Shown piece after piece: positions 23,965 to 36,695 of a DNA stretch of 64,000 bases. How positions within the stretch are numbered: position 1 is the stretch's first letter; the number at the start of each line of letters is the position of its first letter. The DNA is taken from positions 1,240,001 through 1,304,000 of the forward strand of contig BQFW01000010.1 of assembly GCA_020891255.1 (NCBI GenBank), written 5' to 3'. Source of the DNA: Entomortierella parvispora E1425. Its lineage: Eukaryota > Fungi > Mortierellomycota. A model generated the notes under the pieces. It was not told where the DNA came from, did not search any database, and saw nothing but the letters and a program-made list of their open reading frames with translations. A program made the position numbers and the translations under genes.

Positions 23965-25149
23965 TTACAATCTGTCTACGACCACCTGCAACTTCTCGGC
24001 ACTGTAGATGCTGAAACCGCCCTCCTTGGTGACAGATGCCAACTGGACATTGGTCGAGTTGAGCTTCTCCTCCATGACCTGCTTCAAGACCTTGAGGGCC
24101 AATGTTTCGGCCTCGACCAAAGTCATTGACGAGTGGTATTCCTCCTGCAATTCTGTCTCTGCGCCCTCCGATCCAGATCCAATAGCCTTGGCACTGTATG
24201 ACACAAAGGTTCCTGAGGGATCAGTGTGGAACCTAACATTTTGAAAAAAATAAAATAAAAAGAGAAAAAAATCATAGTGAGTACTTTGGCAACAGACCCT
24301 TGTCTCTCGGATAGATTTTCGTTCACGTAAATGATCCAATTGAGCTTTCAAACGTACAGCTGTGGTCCAGTCTCATCGATACCGGCAATCAGTAATGAAA
24401 CTCCAAAGGGTCGACTCTATTCACACAATTGGTCAACAATTAAACACCGTCCTGGTTAGCCATCAGGTTCATCCTTGAAAACTCCAGAATTAATTCCTGT
24501 TCGACCGAGTTGACTATTTTTACCATGATGGATTCTTCACCACGAGCACTCTCTCCGAAACGCAAAGCCAGATCGCACACAGCCTGGGTCACACTCTCGA
24601 CTTTGATGCTCTCGTTGTAAGTAAAGGCGTGGTTCTACCGAGGATTTCCATGATTGTAAAAAACATAGTCAGTCAGTATGCCCTGGAAAAATGTCGACGG
24701 ATTTTCTTCCACTTCTTTCACGACGAAAAAGTTTTGTTTACCTGTGCCTCGACACGAGCATGGTCAACAATGGTTCTCGAGTCAGCAGTCAATCCAGACA
24801 TGGCGCATCCGATATGACCGTCAATCTCAAAGATCTTTTCGATCGAGCTGGGCTCGAGGAGGGAAGAGGTAACACGCTTCTCAACGCCCAAAATCAATCC
24901 CTCTGCAGTTTTGATGCCGACAGCTGTTGAGCCGAGCTAGGTATGATAAAAGACAACAAGGGCAACATGGGTTGAGTGAATGGTCTCGATAATAAAAGAT
25001 GAGTGCCCAGAAGAAGAGCTCCGAGCACGCATTCCTGCAGGGCCATTCTGTACCTTGATGGCCTCGATGGCGTATTCGACCTGGAAGAGACGGCCCTCGG
25101 GCGAGAAGGTGTTGACACCTCGGTCGTATTCAGATCGCGTGAGGAACAT
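23965..25149 (-). CDS. PUP2: 20S proteasome subunit alpha type-5 (multi-exon)
   Basis: [32 protein letters not shown] signature; [12 protein letters not shown]; [44 protein letters not shown]. Confidence 0.97.
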
Positions 25150-25201
25150 TGTTTATAATAGGGGGATGGAGATGGATGGAAGGGTGGATGGATGAATGCA
25201 G

Positions 25202-25235
<34 letters not shown>

Positions 25236-25453
25236 AGACAGGTCAGACCGACAGAAAAGGATGCATGCAATGCAAACGCGACGGACGGACGGACGACGCG
25301 CAACCGCCTCCACGTCCTCGCAAGGGGCGGGCACAGTCTTCAGCTCACGTGACATGCCTACGTCACCTCTTTCGTGACTGTCCTTTTGCCGCCAATTATT
25401 CGCCCCATGGGCACAGTCGAATGGCTCGTGGTTGGTTGCCACCATCCGCCTTT

Positions 25454-25491
<38 letters not shown>

Positions 25492-25557
25492 TCTGTCATA
25501 TCAAACGACCCATCCAACCAACCAAAACGGACCCAGAGCCAACAACCGGCGCCAACC
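25150..25557. promoter_or_regulatory. Compact bidirectional promoter region between PUP2 and LIG4
   Basis: Divergent ATGs are 408 bp apart. TCACGTGA lies at 25345-25352, (AG)14 at 25205-25232 and (CT)15 at 25459-25488. Confidence 0.55.
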
Positions 25558-28500
25558 ATGGCAGCTATGGATAACTCTGCAGGAAAAGACACGCTCGCGA
25601 GTGCACCTGTGCCTTCTCAGTACTCGCAGCCTGATGACGACCCGTCTCTGCCTAGCCCTCCTTTTCATGATCTGGTCATGTTGCTGGAGGAGATATCTAG
25701 GAAACCAAGGGACAAGGCGAAACTACTGACGGCATATCTCAAGGTACACACGCTTGTGACAGGCGTTGCCGTATAATGGAGCTGTTGAGAACTGACAAAA
25801 CTCTGCCTTTTTTTTTGTTTCATCCAATTTGTCGCGTTACGCGGGATTGTTTTTGACATTTTGCAACACAACCGACTTTTAGAACTGGCGGACAAGTGGC
25901 TATGGGCCAATGTTTTCTGTGATTCGGCTGCTGCTACCACAGGTTTGAATTCATGTTGTGCAAAGGAAGGCGTTTATGGCAGCGCGTTGTTTTTTAAATT
26001 CATGCACTGATCGTGGATATATTCTCCTAATTAGCTTGATCGTGAGCGTCCTCGATATGGTCTAAAAGAACAAAAGATGGCCGACTTGTATATACACAGC
26101 TTGAATGTCGGCGCTGGCTCGGATGCTGCCAACAAACTCAAACACTGGAAAGAGGGCATGCGAGTACGTCCAAATGGAAAGGGGTTTTGAGAAATGCGAG
26201 GGCATATTTCAACTGCAACTTGATCCAAGCTGACAATCCTTTGCCTTATTTTCTCCCAACCTTAGAGCTCCGCAGGAGACTTTAGTATGGTGGCGTTCGA
26301 GGTCATTGGAAGTCGGTCTTTGGTTACTCACTCCCAGGGTCAAACTGTCCGCGATGTGAACCAATTGTTGACAAGACTATCCAAAAGGTGCGTGGCCTAA
26401 TATCATCCTGCCGAGAACATCCTTTTAAAAACCGCTTTTCAGAGTTGATCTCGTTGTCTAACAATGATTCATGAAACTTTCCTCAACGGCGGACAAAATT
26501 CCTTGAAAAATCCAGGGATTCCAACAATGCAGAAATCTTCAAGACGTTTGTACAGTCTTTTACAGCCCTGGAAAACAAATGGCTCGTGAGGATCATCAAC
26601 AGGGATCTAAAGATTGGCATGAGTGAGAACTCTGTTTTGCCTTGCTACCACCCGGATGCCGCAGAGCTCTTCAACGTCTGCAGTGATCTTCGCAAAACTG
26701 TGCTCGACTGTTCTGACCCCAGCGTCCGGATTTCGACCTCATCTGTCACTCTTTCCAACCCATTCAAACCTATGCTGTCGAAAAAGCTCCACAGCGCCAA
26801 AGAAGTGGTCGAGTCTATGAATCACCAACCCTTCTGGATCGAAAATAAGCTGGATGGCGAGCGTGTTCAGATTCACAAAGACGGAGACAATTATCGATAC
26901 TGGTCCAGGAATTCGACCGAATTTACTCATCTTTATGGAGCAACTCCCAAGGAAGGCTCGTTGACACCATTCTTACATCCTCTGATCACGCCCAAAGCCA
27001 ACAGTTTGATCTTGGACGGTGAAATGGTGGAATATGATCCCGCGACAAAGGAGATTTTGAAATTTGGGACAGTCAAAACTGCCGGAGGCGACCACTCTAG
27101 CGACGATCACAAGAGAAGACCACTCCGTATGTTTTTTTTTTTTTTTTGAATTGCTAGCATGGAATGAGGTAGCCAAGATGAAACACTGACTCCTCTATAT
27201 CTATCACGCTAGTATTCGTTTTTGATGTCCTCTTTATGAACGGCGCATCTTTGATTGAGCATCCTCTGGAGTCTCGACAAGAAATGCTGCCGGCCCTGAT
27301 CCCGAAGGAAGAGGATGGCAGAGTTCAGATTCTTCAACATCTGGTCGGAACTACAGAGACTCATATCATCGATGCCATTGACGCTGCTGTTCTGGATCGA
27401 CAAGAGGGAGTGATCATCAAGGACCCAAAGTCCAAATATATACCCAATGGCCGTGGGCCAGAATGGATCAAACTCAAGCCCGAGTACGTCGATGGAGTCT
27501 TTGACAGTCTGGATGTTTTGATTGTGGGGGGCTATTACGGATCAGGAAGTCGAGGGGGTCAAAATATGATTTCATCTTATCTCTGTGCTGTCCGAGATGA
27601 CACTGGACGTGCTGCGGATGGTAAAAAGTGGGTGACGTTCTGCAAGTTTGGAACAGGATTCACGTTCGAGCAGATGGGGTCTTTTAGGTAATTATCTTCT
27701 GAACGTTGTCTGCTTATGAGTTAGATATTACTACAATCTCAATTTAATATCAGATGAACATCATTCACTCACGCGAATTTTTTTTCTAGTCGGAGACTGA
27801 GTCCTCATTGGAAAGAGTTCAAACACGTCCGACACAACCCCTGGGTGGATTTGGTAGACAATGCAAAGATGCGGCCAGATGTCATTATCGATCCTGAAAA
27901 GTATGTCCTTTCTTATGCCGATACCCTTTTTCATTGTGTCGGAGTTTATGTATTCTAATACTGGCCCCTGGTTCTTTCTCCTGATACGTAGGTCAATCGT
28001 AGTAGAGATCAAAGCTGCAGAAATTATTGCCAATTCCACATCCTACGCTGCTCAGTATACTTTGCGTTTCCCGCGATTCTTGCATATCCGCGAGGACAAA
28101 GACGCGTACTCATGCATGACTCTAAGTGAAGTCTACCGGATGTACAAGGATTTCAGTGGCAAGCTGTCTACAAAAAGTGTTGACAGCAGTCGCTCAATGT
28201 AAGTGCGTTGTGCATCTCAATCTGGGCCATGACCTTATTTGTACTAAAGTTTCTTGTTCATTCTTTGCTCTGATTTGACTATAGCGTACCCTCAAAGAAG
28301 AAGCTGAGCGGAGGTCGCAAGGTATAGTACAAATGAATAATGTATTTGTTCATTCTTCTCTAGGTGCTAACATTCTTGTCCTCGTCTCTACAGATAACGC
28401 AAGCGCAACTTCTCCCATCTGCTGTCGGTGATACGACCAAGTATAAGGTGGAAGAAGACATTTTCAAGGGCCAGGTATTTTGGGTAGTACGAGGCGATCG

Positions 28501-30446
28501 CGTACAAACGAAGCAGTCATTGGAGATCTTGATTAAAAGACACGGAGGAGTTCAGTCACAGTCACAAAAGAAGGAAAACACGATCCTTGTGGCAGTTTCC
28601 GATGGTAAGAGCCCTCGCATGAAGATGCCATCTTGACTGTTGATCAACCGCACAACAAACATTAGATTTGACCGTTAGTTCTACCCTGTCTTAGGACCTG
28701 ACTTGAAGGGATACAAAGACATTGGCGATCGAAATATTGTTCTCCCAACCTGGATCCACGATTGCATTGCGGAGCATCGATTGATTCCTTTTACTCCAAA
28801 GTAAGTCAAGACGGTGGGTGTGTCTTACTGCCCAACAGGAAGAGGTTATTAACTCTCTGTCTTGAACTTTAGGTACATGATATTTGCAACACGAGAGACA
28901 GAGAAGCAGTTTCGCCTTGTCATGGACGAATATCAAGACTCATTCATCGAGCCTTTGAGCATGGATGCCTTTCAAGAGGTAACAATCGTTCTAATACCGC
29001 AATGATATAACAACATGGAAGCTCTGTGCGGCATGCTTATACCAGGAGTCATCTTTATTCCCTTACTAGATTCTGGACAACATGCCCAACCGCAGCCAAA
29101 TTGTCGAAAAGAGGCGACTTAAGATGGCCCAGGAACGTGCAGCCAAGATCAGGGTAAAGCGACTCAACAATTTGGCTGACCAAGTTGAACATAGTCTGTC
29201 GTCTCAATCCACAATCTCTACGCCAAGGGACCAGGACGACAATGAAGATCATAGTGAGGGAGACCAGACGAGGACCAACACGAGTGGGCGTGGTGTCGGC
29301 ACTAAGAGTAGCAACAAAAGAACAATGGTCGAGGATGGTGCATTGGATTATGACACCAAGCAAGCGCTTTTGAAAATCGAGCTCGATCATCCGAGCGAGA
29401 TCCTGGCCAAGAAGGAGGATGCACGGGCAAGAGGTATAGCCGCGTCGTTGACGCGCAAGTACTACGGTGTGGATGGCGAGTTGCAAGGGCCTCTTGGGAT
29501 GTTCCAAGGTGTCAAAGTGTTTATCATCTATCCACCAAAGCCCGAAGACTACCTAGAGTCACTTTCTGGCATTCGAAAACGGGAAATCAAGGAAGAGGAG
29601 CGAGAATCGGAGAAAACTCTTTTTGGTCAACCAAAACGCAAGACCGCTAGACTGGAAGACGATATTTCAGATCAAGAATTTGATTCACACGTCCTTCCAC
29701 CGATGCCTGCCATGTTTGACATCATGTCCAAGGCCTTGATCGACGAACACCTCCAAACAGAGAAGTCCATGCGGCGTTTGGCTGAAAACACAGTAAACGC
29801 AACTGATTCCTTGGAGGACTTGATTTTTCATCGAAGAGACGAGCTCGACCATTTACTGAAGACACTAAGCGACTATGCTATCTGTCGGAGCAAGTAAGAA
29901 TGGCCTCAATCCTGGCGCGGGCTCCTTGTCTCCATTTCGCGACTAACATTCAGCATGTATTTATTTTTATTTTTATTTTTTTATTTTTCTTTTAGCTTGG
30001 ATTTGGTGTCACTTATTCTTCAGCACCACGGAGGTCAAGTCGTACCAGAGGCAGAGTGCTCAATCGAGCACTGCCAGAAACTGTTGCGGAGGTATAGTCG
30101 AGAAAGTCTAAAAGTCAAGGAAGGAGGAGAACTGAAGGCAGAGGACGACGACGACGACTATTTTGGTCTTCCGACTCGGATCTGCATTCTTTTTGATCCA
30201 ATGTACCTAGACCCGGTGAACGAATGGTCCAAGGCGATGCAGTTCAAGACTCTTTATGGGTACTCTGAGATTCAAGCCTTGGATGAGACATCGCGGAGCA
30301 AGGGGCTGGAGAGAGCCAGGGCCGGCTCCTTGGCATTGCCGCGACCGCGACTGGTCACGTCTACGTGGGTGATGCAGTCACATGAGAAGGAGTTTGCTCT
30401 GCCCGAGGAGGGATTCTATCCTGTGGTCGACAAGCCGATGGAATAA
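25558..30446 (+). CDS. LIG4: DNA ligase IV (NHEJ), many exons, two C-terminal BRCT domains
   Basis: Adenylation motif FWIENKLDGERVQIHK; LILDGEMVEYD; VFDVLFMNG; EGVIIK..SKYIPNGRGPEWIKLKPEY; LDVLIVGGYYGSG; YTLRFPRF; BRCT-like segments (IFKGQVFWV, GMFQGVKVFII, LVTSTWVMQS). Confidence 0.95.
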
Positions 30447-30981
30447 ATAAAAGCCCTCCATTATTGCATGCATTCCGGTTGATCCAAAGTGTTGGTTGTT
30501 TGGTGTTTATTAGCACTTGGAAGGACAAGAACGAAAGAGAAAGACAGAGAGAGAGAGAGAGCGGGGGGTCCCTTTTGATCATGCCAGAGAAAATAAAAAA
30601 GAATACGCCATCGCTTTGTTCCTAAAGCTGTACGCCGGGATCCGGAACTGTCATAATAAACTGCTTAAAGTCCTCCAATGCATCTGGGTGATTCCAGAAG
30701 ATCAATGACACCTCCGAGTAGACCTAATGGGCAGAAAGAAGAAGAAAAAGTCAAGAGTTGGTAAAAAAAGAAACAAAGTAAAAAAAAAAAGAAAAGAAAA
30801 TAATAATAATAAAAAAAAGGGCAGGTAGCTTTTTCATTCCTTCTCCTGTATATACCTGGTCAATGGTCCATCCATTTCCTTGGTACTTTTCCAACGCAAA
30901 AATAAACCGGTCATACATAGACATGTCACTTTTCGCAATGTACTAAGACAAATAGAGACGAAATAAGAGTGAGTTTCTGTG

Positions 30982-32816
30982 TCAGAGCATGCCGTTGGAG
31001 GGGAAAAAACGCGCTAAATTTCGCGTTATTTTCGTGTCCCGATCTTCTTTTCTTTGTCTGTTTACCTTGACTGTCTGAACAAAGTCCTTGGCTTCAATAA
31101 AATCAGGTGAAACGACCAATTCTTCTGGGGGTGCTTTAGATATCCGTCGAGGTTCCGTCACCTCAACCCCTGAAGCGACTTCAGGCAAAAACTTGTGGAA
31201 CCTTTGGAGGAGATGAGGGTGATAGCGAAGGATAATCGAGACGTAAAAGTACAGCTACGAGTCCAGAGAGGAAAGGAAAAAAAAAAAGTTGGTTAAGATG
31301 GTTGCGGTTGCTATTTCGCCTTGACGGCACCTGCATCTCAAGAGTCATTCCCAAAGCCACTTACATCCGAGTAAGACTGATCCTTTTGAAATTTCCGAAG
31401 TAACGTAATCAAGTGCTGATACATGTCTGGCTCAACCTGAGATCGTTGCTTGACAAGACTCAAGAAATCGGCTGCTGCATGTCCGTTGGTAAGAATCTGG
31501 CTGATATTGCTCGAGTCCTGCTGTTGCTGTTGTTGCTGTTGTTGCTGTTGGGGTTCTAGATGTTCAGTAAACACAGCACCGGGGAAAAAGAAAAGGCACA
31601 TCGTTAGCAAGCAAAAAAACAAGGCGCTAGAGTGCCTTATGTCGCTTCGACAGGGCAAAAAATTCGACTACCTGCTGGCGAGTTCAATAGGTGGAGAGCC
31701 GAAGGCGAAACGAGAGAGGGGGTTTGTGTTGGCGCCGAAAATGTCGCTGGTGCCTTGATCGCATTTCCTTTGTAGTCCGAATACATCATTGGCTATTTGA
31801 TAAACAAGTTCGTCATCTTGACAGTTAGACGTCTGCACATCGCAAAGTAAGGATGTGACCACAAGGAGAGTATATTAGCTCTTACCGGCACTAATTGATT
31901 GAGAAATCCTTGTGCCTCAGGCAAAAACTCTTTAAATCCTAATAACAGGTCTGGCTGGTCCTGGAAAAGGGTCATCACTGTTCGTACAAGTTGATCTATT
32001 GGCAGGCTAGTGGATAAAGATTTCATATGAACAGTCAGTCTCAATAATGTTGATGGGGGCTTTAGGTCTTAGCTGCACACGTACCTCATTCCGTTGTACA
32101 ACTCCAAGGCCGACAGGAACTCGGTATAGACCCTGGGATTGCTCTCATAGGCCTTCTTCACAGATCCTACATAGTCTACAGCATGCTTGTAAATAGGTGA
32201 TTGTTGAAAGACCTGGTTATCTCCTCTAGTTGCTGTGGGTGCGGTTGGTACCGCCGTTGACGTCGCCGCCACTGGTGCCGTTACTGCTGTCGTTGATGTA
32301 GCTACTGAGGTATCCATGGCTCCAGGATCCGGCGATTGACCTTGCGAAGTCGCATCCCTACCGATCAATTTTTTTTAAAAAAAAGTTAAAAAATCAGAAA
32401 TGAAGTCCATGCTTTTTCCTTTGATGGCCCTTTCAGCATCCCCAGGAAAAATAAACCCCTACTTACTCGTTTTCCCGTGTGTTCTGGGCAAGAGAGACCA
32501 ACAGCTCCGCCACGGCCATTCTTTCCGGCTGCTGCAAATGTTGACTTTGAAGCTGCTGAAAATCTTGATGCAGTTGATGTTGCTGTTGCTGTTCAATGGC
32601 TGTGGTGTGGTTCCGAACCGCGTCCGTGACCTCTGAACTCATAGAAGTTGGGGCAGCTGTCGATGTGGGGATGCTCGATTGTGCAGATTGTTGAAGGGCC
32701 AGACCAAGGCTCTCATCCGATGTATCAACCAGCGGCGCCACAGCGAGCGAATGGGCAAAGGACGCGGCGGCGTCGTCCTGTTGCTGATCCTTACTGGATT
32801 CCCTAGGCGAGCTCAT
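30982..32816 (-). CDS. Small protein with two Sin3-like paired amphipathic helix (PAH) domains (multi-exon)
   Basis: PAH-a: AVDYVGSVKKAYESNPRVYTEFLSALELYNGMS-LPIDQLVRTVMTLFQDQPDLLLGFKEFLP. PAH-b: AADFLSLVKQRSQVEPDMYQHLITLLRKFQ...VSIILRYHPHLLQRFHKFLP. No HDAC-interaction domain is visible. The start codon is uncertain. Confidence 0.75.
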
Positions 32817-33767
32817 TTTTTTCTTTGTTTTTTTTGTTTTTTTTGTTTTTGGTGTATCGACAAGTTTGATGGTCGTCCGTTGGAGCTGTAACTAAACTGA
32901 AGAAGCCCGTAGGTCGAGAATGAAAAAACAAGATTGACCTAGAAGACGTCAACAACACTGGTTCCACACGCGTTGCAGAGAAGGGTTTCGCCTGTGTTGG
33001 AAGTGGCGTTCCGTTTGTTTTTCCTGGGTAAGTTGGCAATGAATCGAACCTACAAGTCGCGTCAAGAATGGACCCATGTTAGTCAGAAGAAAAGAATGGT
33101 ACATTACGCGTTCAGACAAGGGCAAAAAAACGTGGTTGTAATGGATGAGCCCTTGCTCTAGAGTGAGTGCTTCTCCAAAAAGAGCAAGTTTTTGACACAA
33201 AATGCATTGGGTTTTGTTCTCTAAAAAAGTCGATTGACTCAGAGAGAAATGATTTGCGTGCTCCTCCTGGGTCCTTGCATGCACTACATTACATTCCAGA
33301 GAGCCGAATGAAAATGAAAATGAGCAGAAGGAAACTCACCTTTTTGGGGGACGATCACGCGCTTGGTGTTTCGAGTGTGTGTGAGTGTGTGGGTCAGGAA
33401 GAAAGAGAGTGAAGAGGAGTCAACAAAGGAGGGCGACGTGTGCTATTAGAAAGAAAGAAAGGAAAGAAAGAAGGCAAGGAGGAAAGGAAAGAGGCAAGAA
33501 GAAGGCGACGGAATGTGAAGGATGCAGGGCAGAGAAGATCTTTTCTTGTGGGCATGTGCGCGCAAGAAAAGAAACGAAAACGAAATATGCGCACTTTTTT
33601 CATTCATTGCATTCCTGCACACACACACAGGTCACGTGCTCATCTGATGAACGAGAGTGGATGGTCAGCGCCACCATTTTTTATCTTGCACTTTTTCTGG
33701 ACCCTTTTCCCCCTTTTCCTTTTTGTTCATTCATTCATTTCATTCAGCCAACCCGCTATCCGTCAAA

Positions 33768-34604
33768 ATGGTAAAATCCCAAACCAGTTGGCTTCAAGAC
33801 GACCGCCTTCCACCGAATAACTGACACAGGACTCCATCAGGACCCACATGGAACTGGGTTCCGACCATTACACGCAGTCGCATGCATACGCGGCACCCAT
33901 CCACTCCAGGAACTACAGAGTGGACCCCTTCTCACTCGATAATACCTTGACCTGAGCGCATCCGTCTTATTCCTTGATTCAATCTACAGGAAGCAGGAGC
34001 AGAACGCGCGTCATTTATAAATTCTACCGTTGATTCACTCTCTCACTCGTCCATCTTATTTTGATACATCCAAAAATAGTCTTCCCAATATTACAGAGTC
34101 AAGCGTCAAAAGCACACCTTCTTCATCAACAGCGCCAATCCAAGCTCAGAGACCATCCTTTCTCTCAAACAAAAGCTTCTCAAGGCACTCCAAGCCTCTG
34201 CCACCCATCTCGACGCCGCCGCCGCCAACGTCCGGTCCACCGCCGACCTCAAATTGTCCATCCCCAGCAAGAAGGATCCTCATCTCTTTGAAGAATTGAT
34301 CGATTCCAAGACTGCTGCCGCTTCAGGATTGGTGGACCAACAAATGATTGCTTTGACATTGAAAACTCAAGGTAAAGTCGCCGCCCTGGGCGTGCAAGAG
34401 AATCATGAGGACACATTTAATGTGGAAACAAGATTTTGTTCTAATTTTCGCCTTTTTTTTTCTCTCTTTTGGGTAATTGTCATCGTAGCTGGAACGTGGG
34501 AACCTGTGGAGATTGCACAACCCGAGTCTGTCACTGATCTGGACGATCTGGAGGATGAACCTGAGGAGGCTCCGCGGTCAAAAGGAAAAGGACGCGCTCA
34601 TTAA
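33768..34604 (+). CDS. Elongin-B-like ubiquitin-fold protein (ATG-only first exon)
   Basis: ATG|gtaaaa...aaaatag|TCT gives MSSQYYRVKRQKHTFFINSANPSSETILSLKQKLL...FEELIDSKTAAASGLVDQQMIALTLKTQ-AGTWEPVEIAQPE. This pattern resembles Elongin B (R..KxTxF, LxDxKT, wepleI). Confidence 0.7.
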
Positions 34605-35068
34605 CTGAACATGCCTTTTTTTTGACAAATGTGCCCATGACCGAACATTCGCGTTTCTCAATAAACCAACCTCAATACCTTGCTTTTTTTCTTCTCCAGT
34701 TTATTTCTTGTAATGTCACAGATATGGAACTACGGTTTTTGTGTCTTAAGGCAAAAGGAGATTAAGAGAGAAGAGGCTGATTGTGCAAAATAATGACAAA
34801 AGAGGTTCAATAATCGTCAGTCAACGCATCAAAGAAGCAGGAACCGGGGCTGAGGTCTGCGCGATTGAAGTGTTACATGAAGTGGCGGCAGTGGCGGTCG
34901 TGGCGGTGTCAGTAGCGTGGATCTCTCTTCACGCGAAACGGGCTACCTCCGTTGCCTTTCATCTATTGATGGTTTTTTTAAAAAAGAAAATGAGAGAGAG
35001 AGAGAGAGAACGACTCAGCCATCATTGTCATCAACAAGAACCAAAAAAAAAAGAATGAATGGGGTGGG

Positions 35069-36358
35069 TTATCTTTGTTTTTTCTTTGCCTTGCCGGTAT
35101 GTCTCTCTAAACTTTCATATTCTGTCCATGTCCAAAGATCTTGAAGCTTGTTTTCATGCGTTCCTTCTCCTTCCTTCTTTTTGTCCTGGTTGTCTTCGAT
35201 CCAAGGCTCCTCATTGACTTGCTGTCCCTGATCCCCCGTGACCCAACACATAGTGTCCTCATGGGCTTCGCGGTAGAGCTTCAAAGTTTGGTCCCATTCC
35301 TCTATATCTTTCGCATAAAGTTCCTTCATCCACTTTTCCGTATACTCTTTCACGGGCTCCGTAGCCATTGCGGTTGCGACCCGACTCAGGATCCGCCGCA
35401 GGGCTTCCAAATCCCGGGTCTCAACCACTGTCATGTTGTGTTCGCGCGAATCCGAAACCTTCATCTCGGCTCTGTCCCTTGCCTCCAACAGCTCCTCCAT
35501 ATCCCCTCCCCGAGCATAACAGGCCCCGACCGTCTTTTCCTCCAGCAGATACGATGTGAAGGCTCCCGAGACCAACAACAAATAAAGTCGGATATTTTCT
35601 GGTAGCGCAATCCAGATCTGAAATGGCGGTTCTCGTCCAGTACCGCCGCTGCTGCTGCTGCTGCTGCTGCCGCGACGTCCATGTATGTACTGCTTCAAGT
35701 CACTGCTGGAAGGGTACTTTTGGGTCCAGAGGTCGTCATCTGTATTCCATTTGTCAGGAGGCACCATGGTTCGTGAAGGGTAGTTGTGCGATGGACTTGA
35801 AGGTGAATCACACATTCCCGCAGGACCTTTGCTCTTTTCCTTATCCTTGTCCTCGCCGTCCTTTCCAGTCTGGGAACTGCCACCGGCGCTGGTAGCATCC
35901 ATAAACCGGGCTGGGAATGACAAAGATGACGAGGATGAGTGTGGAAGAGTTTCTTTTTCTTCTCCTTCTCCTGGAAGAGACTGCGCCTCTTTGATCTGAA
36001 GTTGCTCCAGGGACATGGTTTCTATTGACGGTGCACGAGGAAGAGGAGGAGAATGGGGAGAAGTAACAGCTGCAAGAGACGCAGTGGGGGTCGCAGTAGC
36101 TAAAGGAGAAGAAAGAGGGTCAGGGTGAGGAGATGGAGCACACAAAGTGGAGGAGACGGAGGAGGACCGAGGGTGGAGATAAAAGCTGTTGATCGTTGCT
36201 TCGACAACGTCTGCAGGGCGTCCATAGAGACCAACAACGTGTAAGTCTGTCCAGGCTACCACGGCGTGGTCCTCCATGATCTGGTAGAGTCCCTTGGCAT
36301 GCGAAAGGTCGGTGTTGCCCAGACAGAATCGAAGGCAAATGTTCATATCAGAGCTCAT
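35069..36358 (-). CDS. Hypothetical intronless protein (~429 aa)
   Basis: Long open frame from MSSDMNICLRFCLG. Two structured-looking blocks are separated by an S/P-rich linker. No family recognised. Confidence 0.65.
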   Translation of the reverse strand: MSSDMNICLRFCLGNTDLSHAKGLYQIMEDHAVVAWTDLHVVGLYGRPADVVEATINSFYLHPRSSSVSSTLCAPSPHPDPLSSPLATATPTASLAAVTSPHSPPLPRAPSIETMSLEQLQIKEAQSLPGEGEEKETLPHSSSSSLSFPARFMDATSAGGSSQTGKDGEDKDKEKSKGPAGMCDSPSSPSHNYPSRTMVPPDKWNTDDDLWTQKYPSSSDLKQYIHGRRGSSSSSSSGGTGREPPFQIWIALPENIRLYLLLVSGAFTSYLLEEKTVGACYARGGDMEELLEARDRAEMKVSDSREHNMTVVETRDLEALRRILSRVATAMATEPVKEYTEKWMKELYAKDIEEWDQTLKLYREAHEDTMCWVTGDQGQQVNEEPWIEDNQDKKKEGEGTHENKLQDLWTWTEYESLERHTGKAKKKQR

Positions 36359-36695
36359 TTTTCTTGTTCTTTTTTTTTCCTGGGTCGTTTGATGCAAAAA
36401 GAGGCAAAGAAGAAGCACGCGCGAAGAAGAATGATGCAAAAAAGATGAAAAGGAAATGGATTTTAATGAACAAAGCGAATGAATGAGGATGGAGTGAGCG
36501 AAAGGCGCAACGCCACCAACTCTTTTTATTGCCTTGGACCATTGAATCAAGAAAAAAACAATATAATTATTTTCGGTTCGTTTTAATGCTTCTATTGTAC
36601 AATTATGAAAAACAACCAACATGGGTAAAGGGGTGGGTAAGGTAAGGGTGCGGAGCAGGTGAGGGTACTATATAAACAAGACTGGAAAAGTTTTT

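Noticed and set aside
33930-33965. ataccttgacctgag resembling part of a TPP riboswitch
   Set aside because: It lacks the ordered TPP core (CUGAGA ... AUACC ... GAACCUGAU ... UAAU ... CGUAGGGA), and the host gene is unrelated to thiamine.
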